A DNA stretch of 64,000 nt. Source: Eledone cirrhosa (taxonomy: Eukaryota). The stretch lies in assembly GCA_964016885.1 (NCBI GenBank), contig OZ024743.1, positions 161,200,001 to 161,264,000 of the forward strand. The letters run 5' to 3'. This document shows, in pieces, positions 1 to 14,136 of the stretch; position 1 is the first letter of the stretch; every line of letters begins with the position of its first letter. Under the pieces are notes generated by a model. That model was not told the origin of the DNA and made no database searches. It saw only the letters and a list, made by a program, of their open reading frames with translations. Made by a program: the position numbers and the translations under genes.

Positions 1-2445
1 TGACACAGCGTAAAAAACACACAAAATAGATTAAAATTTGCGGGAATTGTGCCTGGTGGTGACAGCCTGTAGTGATTAGATCCACACCATCTTTACATAA
101 AACATTTTGTTCTCACTGCCCAAATGTAGTGCATCAATTAGTAGTACGATCTGCAAAAGTAGATTGTCGGGTATCTGGTATGTTTAGATCTGCAGCTGTC
201 TATCGAACCTAGGGAGGCTTGAGGCGAAGTTAGTGTTTGTTGTGGGAGATGAAAGACGTGACATATACAATAATTTTGGTTAAATGTGTAACTTCACTTC
301 AGCAAAAGTAAAAAGAATACAATTACTTCGAATCATAAAAAATATAAAGTATGATGGTAGCACTCACAAATGAAGACAATGTTCGAAAAGTCTTTTGTGT
401 TTTGCTGGAGAATCTGTGTTTAACTGAGTTATGATCAATTAGAAAGTAACAAGTAGTAGCCAGTCAGTATTATCGGCACAGGTAGTAGTAAGCACGCATT
501 GCAAGGAAGCTGTGTTGTCTATATCAAAGGCTGATGATTCTCTGTGTGGTCGAAGTACCGATGGAAGAATTGCTGACGGGCCCTTGTCGACAGGGTCGTA
601 ACGTTTTGCTAAGCGCTACATCTCGCTATTTGCTTGAGCAGGTCGAAGTGATGCGTCTCTCCCGAGGAACCAGAGTCACTTCAAGCTAACCAGCCACTCC
701 AGACAACTGACGCCAACTGAGATAAAAGAGAAATAGCAGCCAGATTTCACTCGGGGGTAGTGTGTGCGAAGAGATTTCGCTACACACTGGCGTTGAGGAC
801 TAGAGTAAGCTATAATTATGATTGAGGAGCAACTCTCTGTGGCCTTACAGCTCTTCGTTGCAGGCCCTCCTTGCGCATGATTCAATCTAGCCCGATTTTG
901 GTACTACGTTTCTTACCCTTCAATCTCCAAATTTGAAGGTGCCTGTCCAATGTCTTCAAGCACAAAATAGTTTAATATTGAGGTGTAGAATAGACTCACC
1001 CTACCTTCGGACATACTAAGGAAATGGGTTTGTCTTGTTCATTGAACACTCTTTATATGTGAATGCTATAGTTTTACACTTGGTTGACACCCTTTCGTCA
1101 ACTTTCAAAAGTTTAGGACCAACTCTTTTTTTTTTCAATTCAAATGTTCTAGAACTTTTCGCTCGTGTGACAGCAAATTATAAAACTCGATGAAAATCCC
1201 AAAACTTTGAAGAATATCCTAAATTTATCCCGCACTCATATCAATCAGATTCGTATTTTCGCTAGATATTCCCACTAATAATGTACTTTAGTGATTTCTC
1301 TTCAAAACACGAAGTATTGAATGTTCTTTTGAAACAAGAGAATTATGCTTTCACAAGGTATTTATCGTGTAGCCTAGCATTCATTAATACTTACTCAAAA
1401 CACCACATTACATCACTTTTATTGTAATTAATGCTGGATTTATTGTGTATACTACATTGTAATAACGTTACGTTAACCTTATGGTGCGTGAATATAAAGA
1501 AATAATTAGTACAAAGTTTTCCTTGTTCCTTACTTAATACTTTTCTTTTTATCAGTTCTGATTTTCTCACATTAAAACTTTTCTCTTGCACACATTCACT
1601 AGTGAGGATTCATAATATTTTCTTCTTCGGGTTTAGTGTTATCTTGTTAAAATAGAATTATAATGTTTCTGCTTACAAATTTGAAAGATTTCTTCCGAAA
1701 ACATTGCCAAACAGTAACTACAATAAGAAGACTCGGCGAACGGTGTTAGCGAGCCAGTTTCGAACCACTGTTAATGTTAATTAACTTTATTGTCATTAAA
1801 TACCAATGGAAAATGTTTGAACGTCACAGCACAACAATTCTCTTTTATATGCTGAAAATATGTCAGTTTGTTTGAATTATTAAACATTCCATCTACTTTT
1901 CCTCGAGCATAACTTTCACAAGTTATCAGTTAAGTACAACAAAGTTACCTCCCTTAATTAGAATTACGCGTGCGGGTGTATGTTATGCATCGTGCATCAG
2001 TCACACCCTTTTCTCGCTCATGCAGCTGTTTTCCCCCTTCTCTCTCGCTCTTTCTCCACAAGTTTCTGCCTTAACATTTTTCTTTCTTTCCACCTCTCTT
2101 AAAACACATTAATCTCTCTTTCGCTCCCTCACTCCTTCCCTCACCAATTGCCACTTAAACACGACCTCACGCAAAGACGTTTCTCTTTCTCTCTATATCC
2201 CTCCCTCCCTCTCTCTCTCTCTCTCTTTCTTTCTCTTTCCTTTTTTTTTTGTCTAAACACGTTAATCTCCCCTTCACTCTTTCACTCCCTCCGTCACGGA
2301 ATGCCACTCACACTCGCACTCACAGACAGACACTTTCCCTCTCTCTTTCTCCCTCTCTAACAATCTATCTCACTCTGTTTCTCTGTCTTGCTGCCTATCT
2401 CTATCTCTGCGTGTGCCTCACTCATAGTTGAATGTTCAGAAAAAC

Positions 2446-2594
2446 ATGGCTGACTCAGAGCACATTCCCATGAAAGGAGTACAGCGCCGGGGAGCTTTAC
2501 GACAGAAAAATGTATTTGAGGTGAAAAATCATAAATTTGTACCCCGATTTTTCAAGCAGCCAACTTTCTGCAGCCACTGCAAGGATTTTATTTG
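2446..2594 (+). CDS. PKC: Conventional (alpha/beta-type, Apl I-like) protein kinase C, first coding exon: pseudosubstrate and start of C1A domain
   Basis: Manual translation from ATG 2446 gives [49 protein letters not shown](W). [10 protein letters not shown] is the cPKC pseudosubstrate and [19 protein letters not shown] is C1A. The exon ends TG|gtatgt, a phase-2 donor at the same codon as vertebrate PRKCA intron 1. Possible upstream acceptor ctcatag at 2427 after a pyrimidine tract. Confidence 0.95.
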
Positions 2595-2653
2595 GTATGT
2601 CAGTTAATTTTTATTTATCTATCTTAAAGATCTTTTTTAAAGAAAAAAACAAT

Positions 2654-2655
<2 letters not shown>

Positions 2656-2689
<34 letters not shown>

Positions 2690-2742
2690 ATGTATGTATG
2701 TATGTATGTATGTATGTATGTATGTATGTATGTATGTATGTA

Positions 2743-2797
<55 letters not shown>

Positions 2798-2807
2798 GTG
2801 TGTGTGT
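2656..2807. repeat. Compound microsatellite (TA)n(TATG)n(TG)n
   Basis: Directly visible. Confidence 0.95.
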
Positions 2808-3122
2808 AGTTGTAAATATCTTTTCTTCATTTGCTTCTATGTGAAAACTGACAGAGAAAGATAGACAGGTAGATCGATACTTACACAAATACACAGATTG
2901 ACAGATAGATAAACAATTATATACATATATGAGAAAAAAGAGCTGAATAGATCGCCAGACAGATAGATACAATATAGATAAACATATTTATAGATAGATA
3001 GATTGACAATCAAATTTAGATGTATAGAGAGAACGACATGTAGTGTAAGTGCTCTTATATCCGTATTTAATCACAACACCATAACAATAACATCACCGAC
3101 TGACTAATATTACTACTAGAAC

Positions 3123-3339
3123 CAGGGCCGGATTTATCGGTGGGCGGTAGGGTCGAATGCCCCCCCCCCCCCTGAACGGCCCCTTCTAGCAGAACTCCTG
3201 CTACCTTTTTAGTCTCTGCTCTCTCTCTCTCTCTGCTTATGTGTGTGTATATATATAAGTGTGTGTGTGCTTGTTATTCTATGAGGGCCCCACCAAACAT
3301 GAACTGCCACGGGCCCCCAAAGATCTAGATCTGGTGCTA
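3123..3339. mobile_element. hAT-type MITE
   Basis: 8-bp TSD ACTAGAAC at 3115-3122 and 3340-3347; left end CAGGGCCGGATTTA with a degenerate right TIR (9/14 match). Confidence 0.7.
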
Positions 3340-3904
3340 ACTAGAACGATAACACCAAATACCACTAACGACACTCAAACATCAGCAACAATAACAATAT
3401 CTTACGCCACCCACACGTCTCGGTAATGCTGCCCATCATCATCATCATTGTCGTTCCTCGGCATTCTTTCGTCAACACCACCATCACCGGTGCTTTTGAT
3501 TTGATCTTATGTGCTTATGTACGTCGTTGGAAATCGCTTGTTATAGCTATATGTATGTGTATGCATGCGTAAATAGTCTGTTACGTATATATAAATTTTA
3601 TTTGCGATATAGTTTTGCATATAACACACACACACTCACGTGTGCGCGTGTGTCTGTTAGTATATGTATATGTGTAGGTACATATGTGCGTATGCGTCTG
3701 GTATACGTTTACGTGTCTATATCTGTAAATATTTATATGTATGTGTCTGTTTGTTCCTATATATGCATGTATGGGTGTACATGTCTATAAACAAATGTAT
3801 AGTATGTGTCTATATATGTAAACATAAATATCTCTGTATGTAAATATGTTTGTCTGTGAATATGTCTGCCCACAAAATTCCAGTATCTATCTATCCCTCC
3901 CTCC

Positions 3905-3970
<66 letters not shown>

Positions 3971-4129
3971 CTCTCAAACGCAATGCTCTATTATCCATAA
4001 TAATACTGACAATTCTCCTTATTAAGTATCAATAAAATAAGTACCAGTCACATACTGTTGTCGATTCACTTGACTACACCCACCCCTACAGTTGTGTGGC
4101 TCAGCGCCAAAATTATATATTGTAGTAGC

Positions 4130-5310
4130 GCTCCAAGATAACAGAAACGGTAGAGTGCCAGACTAAATGCCTTACAATATGTATTTTTCTTTTACTTTCT
4201 GAGTTCAAATCCAGTAGGGATAGAGTGCGCTTTTTAATTTCCAGGGTCAATAGAATGAGTATCAGTGAAATCTGCATTCAATATAAGGAACTGAATTATT
4301 CTTCCAAAATGTGTGCCCGTATGCCTATGTTTAGATATTATGAATATTATTATATCAGCGGTGGATTGGCAAAATCAATATAGAGTTGGGCAAAATTCTA
4401 CGGTGTCATGTACCGGTTTTTTACATTTTGAGTTCAAATCTCATCGAAGTCAACTTTGTTTTTCATCTTTCCTTGATGGCTAAAATAAAGTGTCAATCGT
4501 GTCTGGGGTTAATTTCGTTGATTAACCCCCTCCTTTTAAATGTTTAGCCTTGTGTCTATGTCAGAAACAATTATATCAGCCGAGCCTATTGTGAAGCTAC
4601 ACAGACTCACTCCTTGATTGTGCAAGGAATAACTGATAGTCCACCTGTTCCTTGGAGCGACAGCGATGAAAGTTGTGTGTGGACATGGTTGTAAGGCTTG
4701 AGGACAGCTTTTCATCCCTATCCAAGCCTCCGCCAACTTCTTCAATTACGACGTTCAGTTGACAGTAGTGATGGAGGTGCTTTTCTTTAGTAAATTTCAG
4801 GAAAGGTGGGTAAGAGTGACAAAATGGAGATGACTACTTTAACTATGTGGTTGTTGGTGTATCGATATAATCTGGCGTTATATGTAGGGTATTCCGAATC
4901 ATCTTCTGTGAGTAACCCCCTAACATACACATTGGTGATCCTGTTAATTTGTTGATATATATTGATACTGTCATTTATTGCTATCTAACTATATTGCTAT
5001 AATGTGTTGGAGTTCAAATCCCGCCGAGGTTAACTTTGCCTTTCATCCTTACGGGGTCGATAAAATAAAGTACCAGTAATGCACTGGGTATTTGCTGGCC
5101 TTGTGCCAAAAGTAGAAACAATTACTATTAGTAGTAGATTGACATTATCAGTAGAGCGTCGGACAGCATGCGTTGTGACATAGAGTTACGGTCCTTTACG
5201 TTCTAAGTTCAAATCCCGCCGAGGTTAGCTTTGCCTTTCATCTTTATGGGGTCGATAAAATACTAGTATATACTGGTCAATCGACTTTACCTTTCCCCCC
5301 ATTATTATTA
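4130..5310 (+). mobile_element. Cluster of decayed and partial tRNA-derived SINEs (MetaSINE-like central domain)
   Basis: Repeated B-box GAGTTCAAATCC followed by CTTTGCCTTTCATCCTTACGGGGTCGATAAAATAAAGTACCAG; best copy 5008-5125. Confidence 0.75.
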
Positions 5311-6679
5311 TTATTCATCTCACCCTTTTAGTCGATGTAAAGTCCCTACTGATTTAGCTTATTTACTTTCTAATGTTGCCTTTGTATAAATAAATACTCA
5401 ATGAATTAGGACCTCAAAACCAATAAAGAAATAGTTATTAGCAGTAGTTTTCTCATTTTAAAAATGTGGGGATTTGCTTGAGACCCATCATCGTTGTTGA
5501 TACCAATTCTTCATTATAAAATTTCAACATCTTGTACCTTAGTGAATACCAATAGCGTGCAGAAGGCGGGGGGGGGGTGCATTTTAGTGTTTGGCTACCA
5601 ATTTATAATGTCATACGTTTGATTTTTGGACTTAGTGGTATACTGTTTTTTTTTTTAGCAAAACACTCCATTTCACATTGCTCAAATGAATTTAGGTGAA
5701 AATGATTACCAGCAGTAACTGGGGTGGGAAAGGAAGTAATCTTGTGATGGACTCTTGTTCTGTTCAAGGGCTAGTCTTGTACTTTCAGTCACTTAACACT
5801 AATAAAACTGGGGTAAGCTCTGGTCTGATAACCCTCAAGCTTCAAAATGGACTTTAAATTATTGTTGATTCTGCTCTTTTTGTGACTAGCCACTATATTG
5901 ACCAGACACATATATACATATGAGCACATATGTAGATGATTAGAGAGGACCATTGAATTGAATACTAGTTGTATATTTTAAGTGCAACTAACTATATAAC
6001 ACTGATCTGAAATCATTGTTGTTACTTCCAGTCCAAGTGCATTATGGTATATTTTAGTTGAAAGGTGGCATTCCCAATTTTCCACTCTAAATTCCCTGAC
6101 TAAACTGAACAACTAAGACTCACTTTGCTCACTACATCTCACTTTCAAACTTGAACCATATTGTAGAATGCATCAACTCTTAATTAAATCTTCATTATTC
6201 AACAGAATGCAATTTCAGTCATGTAAACAGAAACCACATAGCCTTGCCAGAAACTTGTAGAATTTTGGGTTGTTAATACATTTTTATATTGAGATGAAAG
6301 CACTAGAGATTCATATATTTCTGGAAACTCCTATCACCATATTCAAGTAAGATTCTCTCTTCATTGTATTTGGAACAAGCAATCACCCAAGCTTCTTAAT
6401 TGCTTAAAGAAATGCTAAGGCTTACCAATGTTCTCAAAAGTAGAGTCCAGCACCCTTAACATTGAGCATACTGCTGCCATCACGAACAAATCATTTTTCT
6501 CGAAAATATGCTATTTTGTTCATGATTGCTCTATTTGTTCAGCAAAAAATAAATAACTAAATAAATAATACAAACTTGTCACAATTGCAAAAGGACATAT
6601 TTCACAAGCATCAACAACTACTATTTTTGTTACAAGGGCATATCAAGAAAAGGGAACTGAAAAAGCTACAAACAGCATA

Positions 6680-7462
6680 TCATCATCATCACTGTTTAAC
6701 ACCCATGTTTCCACACTAGCATGGTTTAGATGATGTGTCTTATTGTGAGACAAGCTATGTTCGATGAACATGACTTGCTGATACATAACTGATTTTGGCT
6801 TGGTTTCTACAGCTGGATACCATTTCCTCACGGCAACCAGATTTACAGTGTGTACTGGGTGCTTTTTGTCATGACACCTACATGCTGACTTGACAACGTG
6901 GACTGGGCACATTTTGTTGTGTCACCTACATGACCGCTTTACTGTGCAGGCTGGATGCTTTTTGTCATGACACCTACACAACCACTTTACAGTGTGGGCT
7001 GGGCACTTTTGTTGTGTCACCTATACGACCACTTTACAATGTGGGCTGGATACTTTTTGTCATGTCACCATCATGACCACTTTACAGTGTGGGCTGAGCA
7101 CTTTTTGTTGTGTCACCTACATGACCACTTTACAGTGTGGGCTGGGTACATTTTGTCATGTCACCATCATGACCACTTTACAGTGTGGGCTGCAGACTTG
7201 AGTGGGGGAGGTGTGTGGGGATTGGGGAGGTAGATCTAGGGACATGTGTTTGGTGTGGAATTTTAGGGTGTAGGTGGAGTGTTAGGACATTGGAGGCGGG
7301 ATGGAAGGGAAGTGGTGCATACTAGATGTATGCTTCAACCTGTGCTCATGGGAAGGCGGGTCTGGATTGCTGCATAACAACAGAGTTCTCAGTCCTGTGT
7401 CATCACCTTTAGGAGGTGCAATTGTGCAAGGTCAGCCTTTATCACTTCATCCCAAGTCTTCC
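6680..7462 (-). mobile_element. 3' end of RTE LINE with expanded ~45-bp tandem repeats in the 3' UTR
   Basis: (GAT)n tail and 3' end homologous to RTE 26146-26560; about 8 units of ACCACTTTACAGTGTGGGCTGG... at 6840-7192. Confidence 0.8.
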
Positions 7463-8399
7463 TATATATATATATATATATATATGTGTGTCTAACTAAT
7501 ATATCTGCTTTACTCTATTCACTTAATGTTGCCAGCTTTGTAGATGAGGATGTTTGCAAAAATCTCTCACTCCCAACATCTCAGCTGTTGAATTGGCTTG
7601 GCAACACAATCTAAACAGACTTTCTTTCTTTAGCTTTCTGTATTTCAAACATCTCAAGAGTAGCGACATCACTGAAGTAGAATCTATTAGTCAAATAAAA
7701 CGATGTGATTCTCTACAAAGATTTTTCAGAACAATACGCATCTCCAGTATTTAGTTTCATCCCACTACAATTTCATTGATGAAATAAGTCATGTACTCAA
7801 ACCAGTTCAATAGATTAAGCTGCACCTCTTCTATAAAATCTATAACCTTAAGTCCAATGTGAAAAATTCTAATGACAAATGTTAGGGCATTGGACAAAAT
7901 GCGCTATGATTTTTAGTTACATCTCTATATTATCTGCATTAAATTTCTGATCCTTTGATCCTTCCAGAGTTAATGAAATAAAGTAGCAGTTAAGTACTGT
8001 GGTTGATTTAATCGACATTCCCTGTTCCCAAATTACTGGCCAGGTACCGAAATTAAAAAAGTTATATAAAAAATACAGCCTTTTACATTCTCAGTTCAAA
8101 TACCATTAAGATCAACTTTGCCTTTCATCCTTATGGGGTCGATAAAAGTACCAGTAATACAAAATTCTTAGCCTTGTGCCTAAATCAGAAATGATTATTA
8201 TTATTATTATTAGGATTGGCAGTATCACTAGAGCATTGGTCACTAATTATTATTATTGACTACTGAGATGGAAGCCATGCTTTACATCAGCTCCAGAACA
8301 TTTTCAATTGTTTTGTTTATTTTCATCAACAGCAATAACAAACACAGCAGTTATTACAATGAAAATGACAACAACAACAACATTAGCAGCAGCAACAAC

Positions 8400-11000
8400 G
8401 AGCCAATTGGCAAACCAGCCAAAAATGTCAGCACTAGTAGTAAGAAATCTTTCACTAGTGCTACTAAATCTTTCTTTCAAAAAGTTACTTACTCTGCAGA
8501 AGACGTACAACAGGCTAGAGTTCTGGTGGAAAGGGCCAACCATATTGTCAGTCTCAACTACCATGTTGACACTTTCCAGAATACAGTCCGTTACAGTGAT
8601 GTACTATATTATTGGTTTAAAAACTAAAAAGATAGAGAAAACCATAGAGGCTCAAATACAAAAAGTTTTAGGTTCCATGTGGAACCAAAAAACTTATATC
8701 TAAAGGAGCAGAAGTTTTGGCACAATGGAAGTGAGATTTGCAACAGGAGTGGAAGCAAGATCTCACTCCCTAAAGTCCCTACAAACTGAAAATATCCTGC
8801 AGGTGCCTTACTATTGCAGACAGAGACTAGTAAGGACCCATGTGCAATAGGCACCACTTGCTAATTGCTACAATCATAATAGCCATTGAGGAAAACTCAA
8901 AGATCTTTGAGGTCTACCAGACTAAAAAGGAGAATAGGTCAGGGATGGAGGTTGAAATCCTCATCCAAATCTGTCACAGGAATGTAGAGGGGATGACAAC
9001 CAAGTATAACATTTGTTTTTCAACAAATCATCTAAGAGCCTTCTGCCCAACACTGAAGGAGAAAGAGAATATCCCCCCCCCTCTCTCTCCTTCTAACACC
9101 AAAGAACTAACCAACAACCACCACCAAATCCCAGCAACATCATCAACATAAAGATGAACAGCAGCAGCTACATCAGAAACAGCAAAATCAACAGCTGGAA
9201 CAGTAACACCAGCAAGACCTACACCAACAACAGAGCTGCCACCACCTGCAACAGCACCAACAGAGCTGCCACCACCTGCAACAGCACCACCAATACCTAT
9301 TGAAGACATGTCACACCCTGATGTCAAACAGTGGGACATAAATTCTGATGAAGGTGAGGATTGGCAAGAAGTCCCCCCCTCCCTATACACACATCAAAGA
9401 AAATTAAAGGAAAGAACTCCCTGTCTTCACGCTCAATAAAAAAGGGTGTAAAAGAGGACAAATTGCAAAAGTTGGCAGGCAACAAAACAACCCCATCACC
9501 GCCACCAGCACCAACACCACCAACCCCATCACAACAGACACCAACAACATCCCAAACAAAACCAAACCCACATTCACAACAACAACAACAGCAAATACAA
9601 ACATCACATACTACATGGCTGTAAACACTAACAACAGAAACCTACTGAACTATATACAGCACAACACCACAATCTACACCTCACCCCCAAAATCATGCAA
9701 GCATACAAATCTACAAATCACACAAAACACATATACACATTTAATATGCAAATTCCCCAATTCAATTTGAAACTTCCAAAGGATACTCTATACCGACATT
9801 TCAGTGCAGGAACCTACAATTAGCTTGAAGGACAGATCAACTGTCCTTCCTCCAAAAACTCTATGGTAAGTTAGGCAGTGTAGATACACGTGGCCTGTGG
9901 TCATCTTGGAAGCAGGGCCACCTGCTCAATGACCTCAGGTCACTGGACATAGATGTGGTGGCCATCAGCGAAACCAGAGTTTCTGATGCACGAACCTTTA
10001 CACATATTTTTGGCGGTTACAAAAGGTACACATCCCCAAGGATCTGGAGGCAGAGTTGCTGTGTTGTTCTGGAAAAACCTGGATCTCGCAATACAGACTA
10101 TATTCCTGGATCTGGAAAGTAAGTTGGTGGTGTTGGATATGACCAGGAGTCAAGGGCATGCCTTCAGGCACATCACCATCTATACTCAGACAGACAGGAT
10201 GAACTGATTTCTTCAGCTACCTGAAGAACTGTATAGGAACATCTTGCTCTTTAGTGTTAGTGTCATTGGTTATGTGGTAGGGGGGGGGGGTGCAGACATG
10301 TGCCATTCCGAAGAGTTCCATTCTCAACAATCTCCACCTTATGCCATAAATCTTAAAGAGTGTGGCTAAGGAACATGGTATGAGTGGGGCACTGATCAAC
10401 TTGGATAAATTGAAAGCATTCGATAGTGTTGACCATCAATGCCTGGTGGTGGTCCTCAAAGCAGCTGATTTGGGGCCCGTTTGCTGAGGATGGATTGCTA
10501 CTATATGCAGCGGCATCTTTTCTGGGGTTAGAGTGAACAGTCACCTCTCAGAACCATTCAGCATCATATGCTCCTCCTTCCTTTAATCAAGAAGGGCAGG
10601 TTGATTTATCTACCTGGTGGCCATGGTAAAAGAGGTTGTATGGTGGACACATCTGAAAAACAAGCACTTTCCTCTTTGGCGAAGCCCTGTTTAACTTTTT
10701 CAGGTTTCACTTGAAGAGGAAAATCAGGGTGGAGAGTGAAGTGTTGCCTTCTAGCCAGTTTGTTGAAAGGTGTGTGAGAGAGTTGACTATGGCCTGAGTG
10801 AATGGGCCCTGTATGAGTGTGCCAGTAGATTGGAGGAGGACAACTGGGACAGGGCACTTACCCTAAAGATCAAGGCACCTGTCGTTTTATGGGGTTTTTT
10901 CCATTAGAAGCCTTTAAATGTCTTTTCTCTATTGGGGAATTTCCATTCCCATTTTTATTGTTACCTTTCTTTGATTATTGCTAAACCTATTTACATGCAA
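8400..11000 (+). mobile_element. Decayed, internally deleted Tx1/L1-like LINE
   Basis: APE N-terminus GSV.TRGL...GHLLNDLRSLDIDVVAISETR at ~9873-9980; RT motif ALINLD..KAFDSVDH at ~10389-10438; Pro/Thr-rich ORF1-like remnants upstream; many stops. Boundaries approximate. Confidence 0.7.
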
Positions 11001-11094
11001 AGCCCACACACTGACATGCATATGCACACTATGTTTTTGTCCTGTGTCGTCCAAATGTTTACTGAATGTGGTGACTATAGAAATTTCTATTATT

Positions 11095-11870
11095 ATTATT
11101 TCCATTATTATTTTTATTGTGCATCATTACTGCTTTACTGAGCACAGCTCTGTGTGCCTTGGGTATGAACAGAGTAGTTTTTGCTGATGTTGTTTCTATT
11201 GTATTGATAGTACTTTTTGTAATATGTGTGAAGTGCCTAGTAGTGCTATCTTTTGTATGCTGTATATATTTGTAAGTCCTGGCGTTTTGGCTATGTATTT
11301 GTGCGTGTTTTTTTTATCATTCCTCGATGACCTATTGTATTGTTTCTGTTTTCATTTTCCTCATTCGAGTTATTTCTATCTCTAGATCTTTGTATTTGGA
11401 GAGTTTCTCTATTTCCTTGGAAGATATATTGTCGTCTGTGGGGATAGATACATCTATTAGAAGACATTTTTTCTTTGTGGTCTTTGACTATAATATCTAG
11501 TCAGTTGGCCTTGATCTCTCTGTCAGTATGTATTGGCATATCCTAGAGAATGGTTGCTGACACTTTTTATGGTGTGTGTTTGTACCATCTTTTTTTCTGT
11601 TGGTATTTCATAATGCTGGCATAACTTCCAGTGTATGAAGGTCCCAACACTCATGCCTGTGGATATATTCTTTTTTGGCTAGAGCTGGGCATCCAGAGAC
11701 TATGTGGTTGGTTGATTCTTCCCTATCTCTACATATTCTACAGTTACTTATTGTACTTTGTTTCATTATGTACTTCTGGTAGTTTCTGGTGGGTAGACTC
11801 TGGTCTTGGCAATTAGAAATCCTTCTGTCACAGCTTTTAGTCCAGTGCTTCGGAGCCAGTTTTGTGTAGT
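11095..11870 (-). mobile_element. R4/Dong-clade non-LTR retrotransposon 3' fragment (Zn knuckle and restriction-like endonuclease)
   Basis: Minus-strand translation: CRICRDREESTNHIVSGCPALAKKEYIHRH...DMPIHTDREIKAN*LDIIVKD...LLIDVSIPTDDNISSKEIEKLSKYKDLEIEI; flanked by (TAA)n-like repeats. Confidence 0.8.
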
Positions 11871-11934
11871 TATTATTATTATTGTGTACCTTGGGTTTGT
11901 GCAGTGTTGTTTTCGGTGTTGTTATTTCTATTGT

Positions 11935-12115
11935 ATTGGCAGTATCGGTAGAGGGTCGGACGCCATGCTTTCCAGCATAGTTATGTCCCTTTATGATCTG
12001 AGTTCAAATCCCGCCGAGGTTGACTTTGCCCTTCATCCTTACGGGGTCGATAAAATAAAGTACCAGTAATGCACTGGGTAATTGCTGGCCTTGTGCCTAA
12101 AGTAGAAACAGTTAT
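11935..12115 (+). mobile_element. tRNA-derived SINE (MetaSINE-like), near-complete; further copies at 12495-12635, 12880-13090 and 7880-8200
   Basis: A-box TGGCAGTATCGG, B-box GAGTTCAAATCC, conserved central domain, tail GCCTTGTGCCTAAAGTAGAAAC. Confidence 0.85.
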
Positions 12116-14136
12116 TTCTATTGTATGAGTATGCAGTGCCTAGGTGGGCACAACTGAAAGGAATATACTCAAACATCTGAGCCCTCATTGACTTTTTCTA
12201 CTTACATTTGAAAAGGAAGCTTAGTGTGCAGAGCAGATGCTGTTCCACAATAAATTTGTTGAAAGAGTTGCAAACATGGCCTACTAACAACTCTACTAAC
12301 AGCATTTTCCTGTAAGTAAATGACAGCTTGGAGAGGGCATTTACCCTTGGTGGAGAATAAGTCTGGATGTCTGGGGTCCCTTGACATGCTCTAGCTGGCT
12401 GCCTCCTCTTACTGAAGACTTTTGTTGGTATTTTATTGTTATCTGTTCTCATTATTTTCTTTTTATGGATTGGCAGTCTCGCCTTGCTTTGTAGCAAAGA
12501 GTTACGGCCCTTTATGGTCCGAGTTCAAATCCCGCCGAGGTTAAATTTCCCTTTATCCTTACGGGGTCAATAAAATAAAGTACCAGTAATACACTGGAAT
12601 AATTGCTGGCCTTGTGCCAAAAGTAGAAACAATTATTTTCTCTTTACATGATTTCATGTAAACCAGCATACTTTCCTCATTTTGTGGGTTCCTGTAGCCA
12701 ATAAAAGAAATTCTATTGCCTTGCCATATTTGTTCTGGTTCTGTATATATAATATTAGTTCAAATTCAGGTTCAATAAAATAAAGAACCAGTTAAGTATA
12801 AGGAGAAAATGTAATTGATTAGCCATAACACCCTTCAATTTCTATCCTTGTACCTATGTTGGAAATAATTATCAAAAGGGCAGCAGATGGGCAGAGTTAT
12901 TAGAGTCTCAAACAAAATGCTTGCAGTATTTAGTTCAAACCTTATGTCTTGAGTTCAATTCCTGTCATGGTGAACTCAGCCTTTCATTCTTCCAGATTTG
13001 ATACTAAATACCAGTGAAATAGTGGAGTTGATTTAATTGACTTTCCCCTCCCCCCACATTGCTGGCCTTGTGCCTAAAGTAGGGATCATTATTATTATTG
13101 TTGATGTTGGTAACCTTTAGGTAAGAATAGTAGTTGAATAAAGTAAGTGAAACAGTATTCAAATGTTGTCCTATCAATGTGAGTTCAAATCTTTCAAAGG
13201 TCTACTTTCCTTCCTTTTAACTCCCTGGAAACTATATAATCCTTACCAGTAAGATAGTATGTCAGTTCACTTGACTATGTAGCTTTATGTCAAGTGCAAG
13301 GTCTCTCTCAATTGAGGACTGTGAATAAGTTTCAATTACTAATTGAAAATGTCTTCTCTCCAGTGTCATTGCTAATGTCTGTAGGAATAGGATGAATAAT
13401 TTCACTTTTGAATTTCATCTTTGTAGCCTCATAATATATAAATCATTACTAAAGCAGATTGTAAAAACATTATAATTATGCTTGAGTGAGCAGACCTATG
13501 ATCAAAAGCATTCCAGTATTGACCATCACATTTTTCCTCAAGTATTATGTACCCTGGACTACATTATCTGATATATCCTTCAAATTATTATTATGATTGA
13601 TGTTGCCATTGTTCACCACTGACCTAGTCAGATGTCTTTTCGCATTGTTCCTTGAAGCAAATGACTTTTACTTTGCACAACTTATTGGGATAGTGTTTGT
13701 CGAATGTATTAGACTTTACCCATACAGGGTTTAAACAAAACAAGGTTTAGTTGTTTTTTTATTAGACATATCTTTTTGTGTGTGTGTTGTCAAGACAAAC
13801 TGTAAATATGGCGTCTCTTACTACAACAGAAGAAAATACAGAGAAAGAAAGGAAAACGTTCAACAAATGAACAAATGAAAGAAAAATCTATTTTATTATC
13901 ACAACAAAAAACATGGTAATATTGACATAATGGAACAAAAAGAAGCAATTTATTAGCAGTAACAACAGTACAAGTATTCACACATACTTAATGACTAAAG
14001 AAACTGAAATTTTGGGTATTTCTTGCTTTCCTTCATTTCTTAACAATGCTAGTAAGACACAAAAGACTGAATATGAATGGACTAGCAGAGAGGAGGTCAG
14101 TATGGTAGAATTGTTATTCCTAAGCATGTTAATGAA

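Noticed and set aside
531-560. CTGATGA motif (also ~9345)
   Set aside because: No stem II-GAAA-NUH-stem I arrangement
300-1800. Unique, more GC-balanced sequence upstream of the PKC exon (possible promoter, 5' UTR exon or divergent transcript; ORF 676-885)
   Set aside because: No recognisable protein motif or diagnostic signal; needs transcript data
6840-7192. CRISPR-like regularly spaced repeats
   Set aside because: The 'spacers' are homologous to each other, there are no cas genes, and the array lies in a eukaryotic LINE 3' UTR
13721-13760. cag|GGTTTAAACAAAACAAGGT resembling PKC exon 2 (GLNKQG)
   Set aside because: Wrong phase for the TG| donor (gives an immediate TAA), has an extra base, and lacks the downstream CQ codons and a suitable donor
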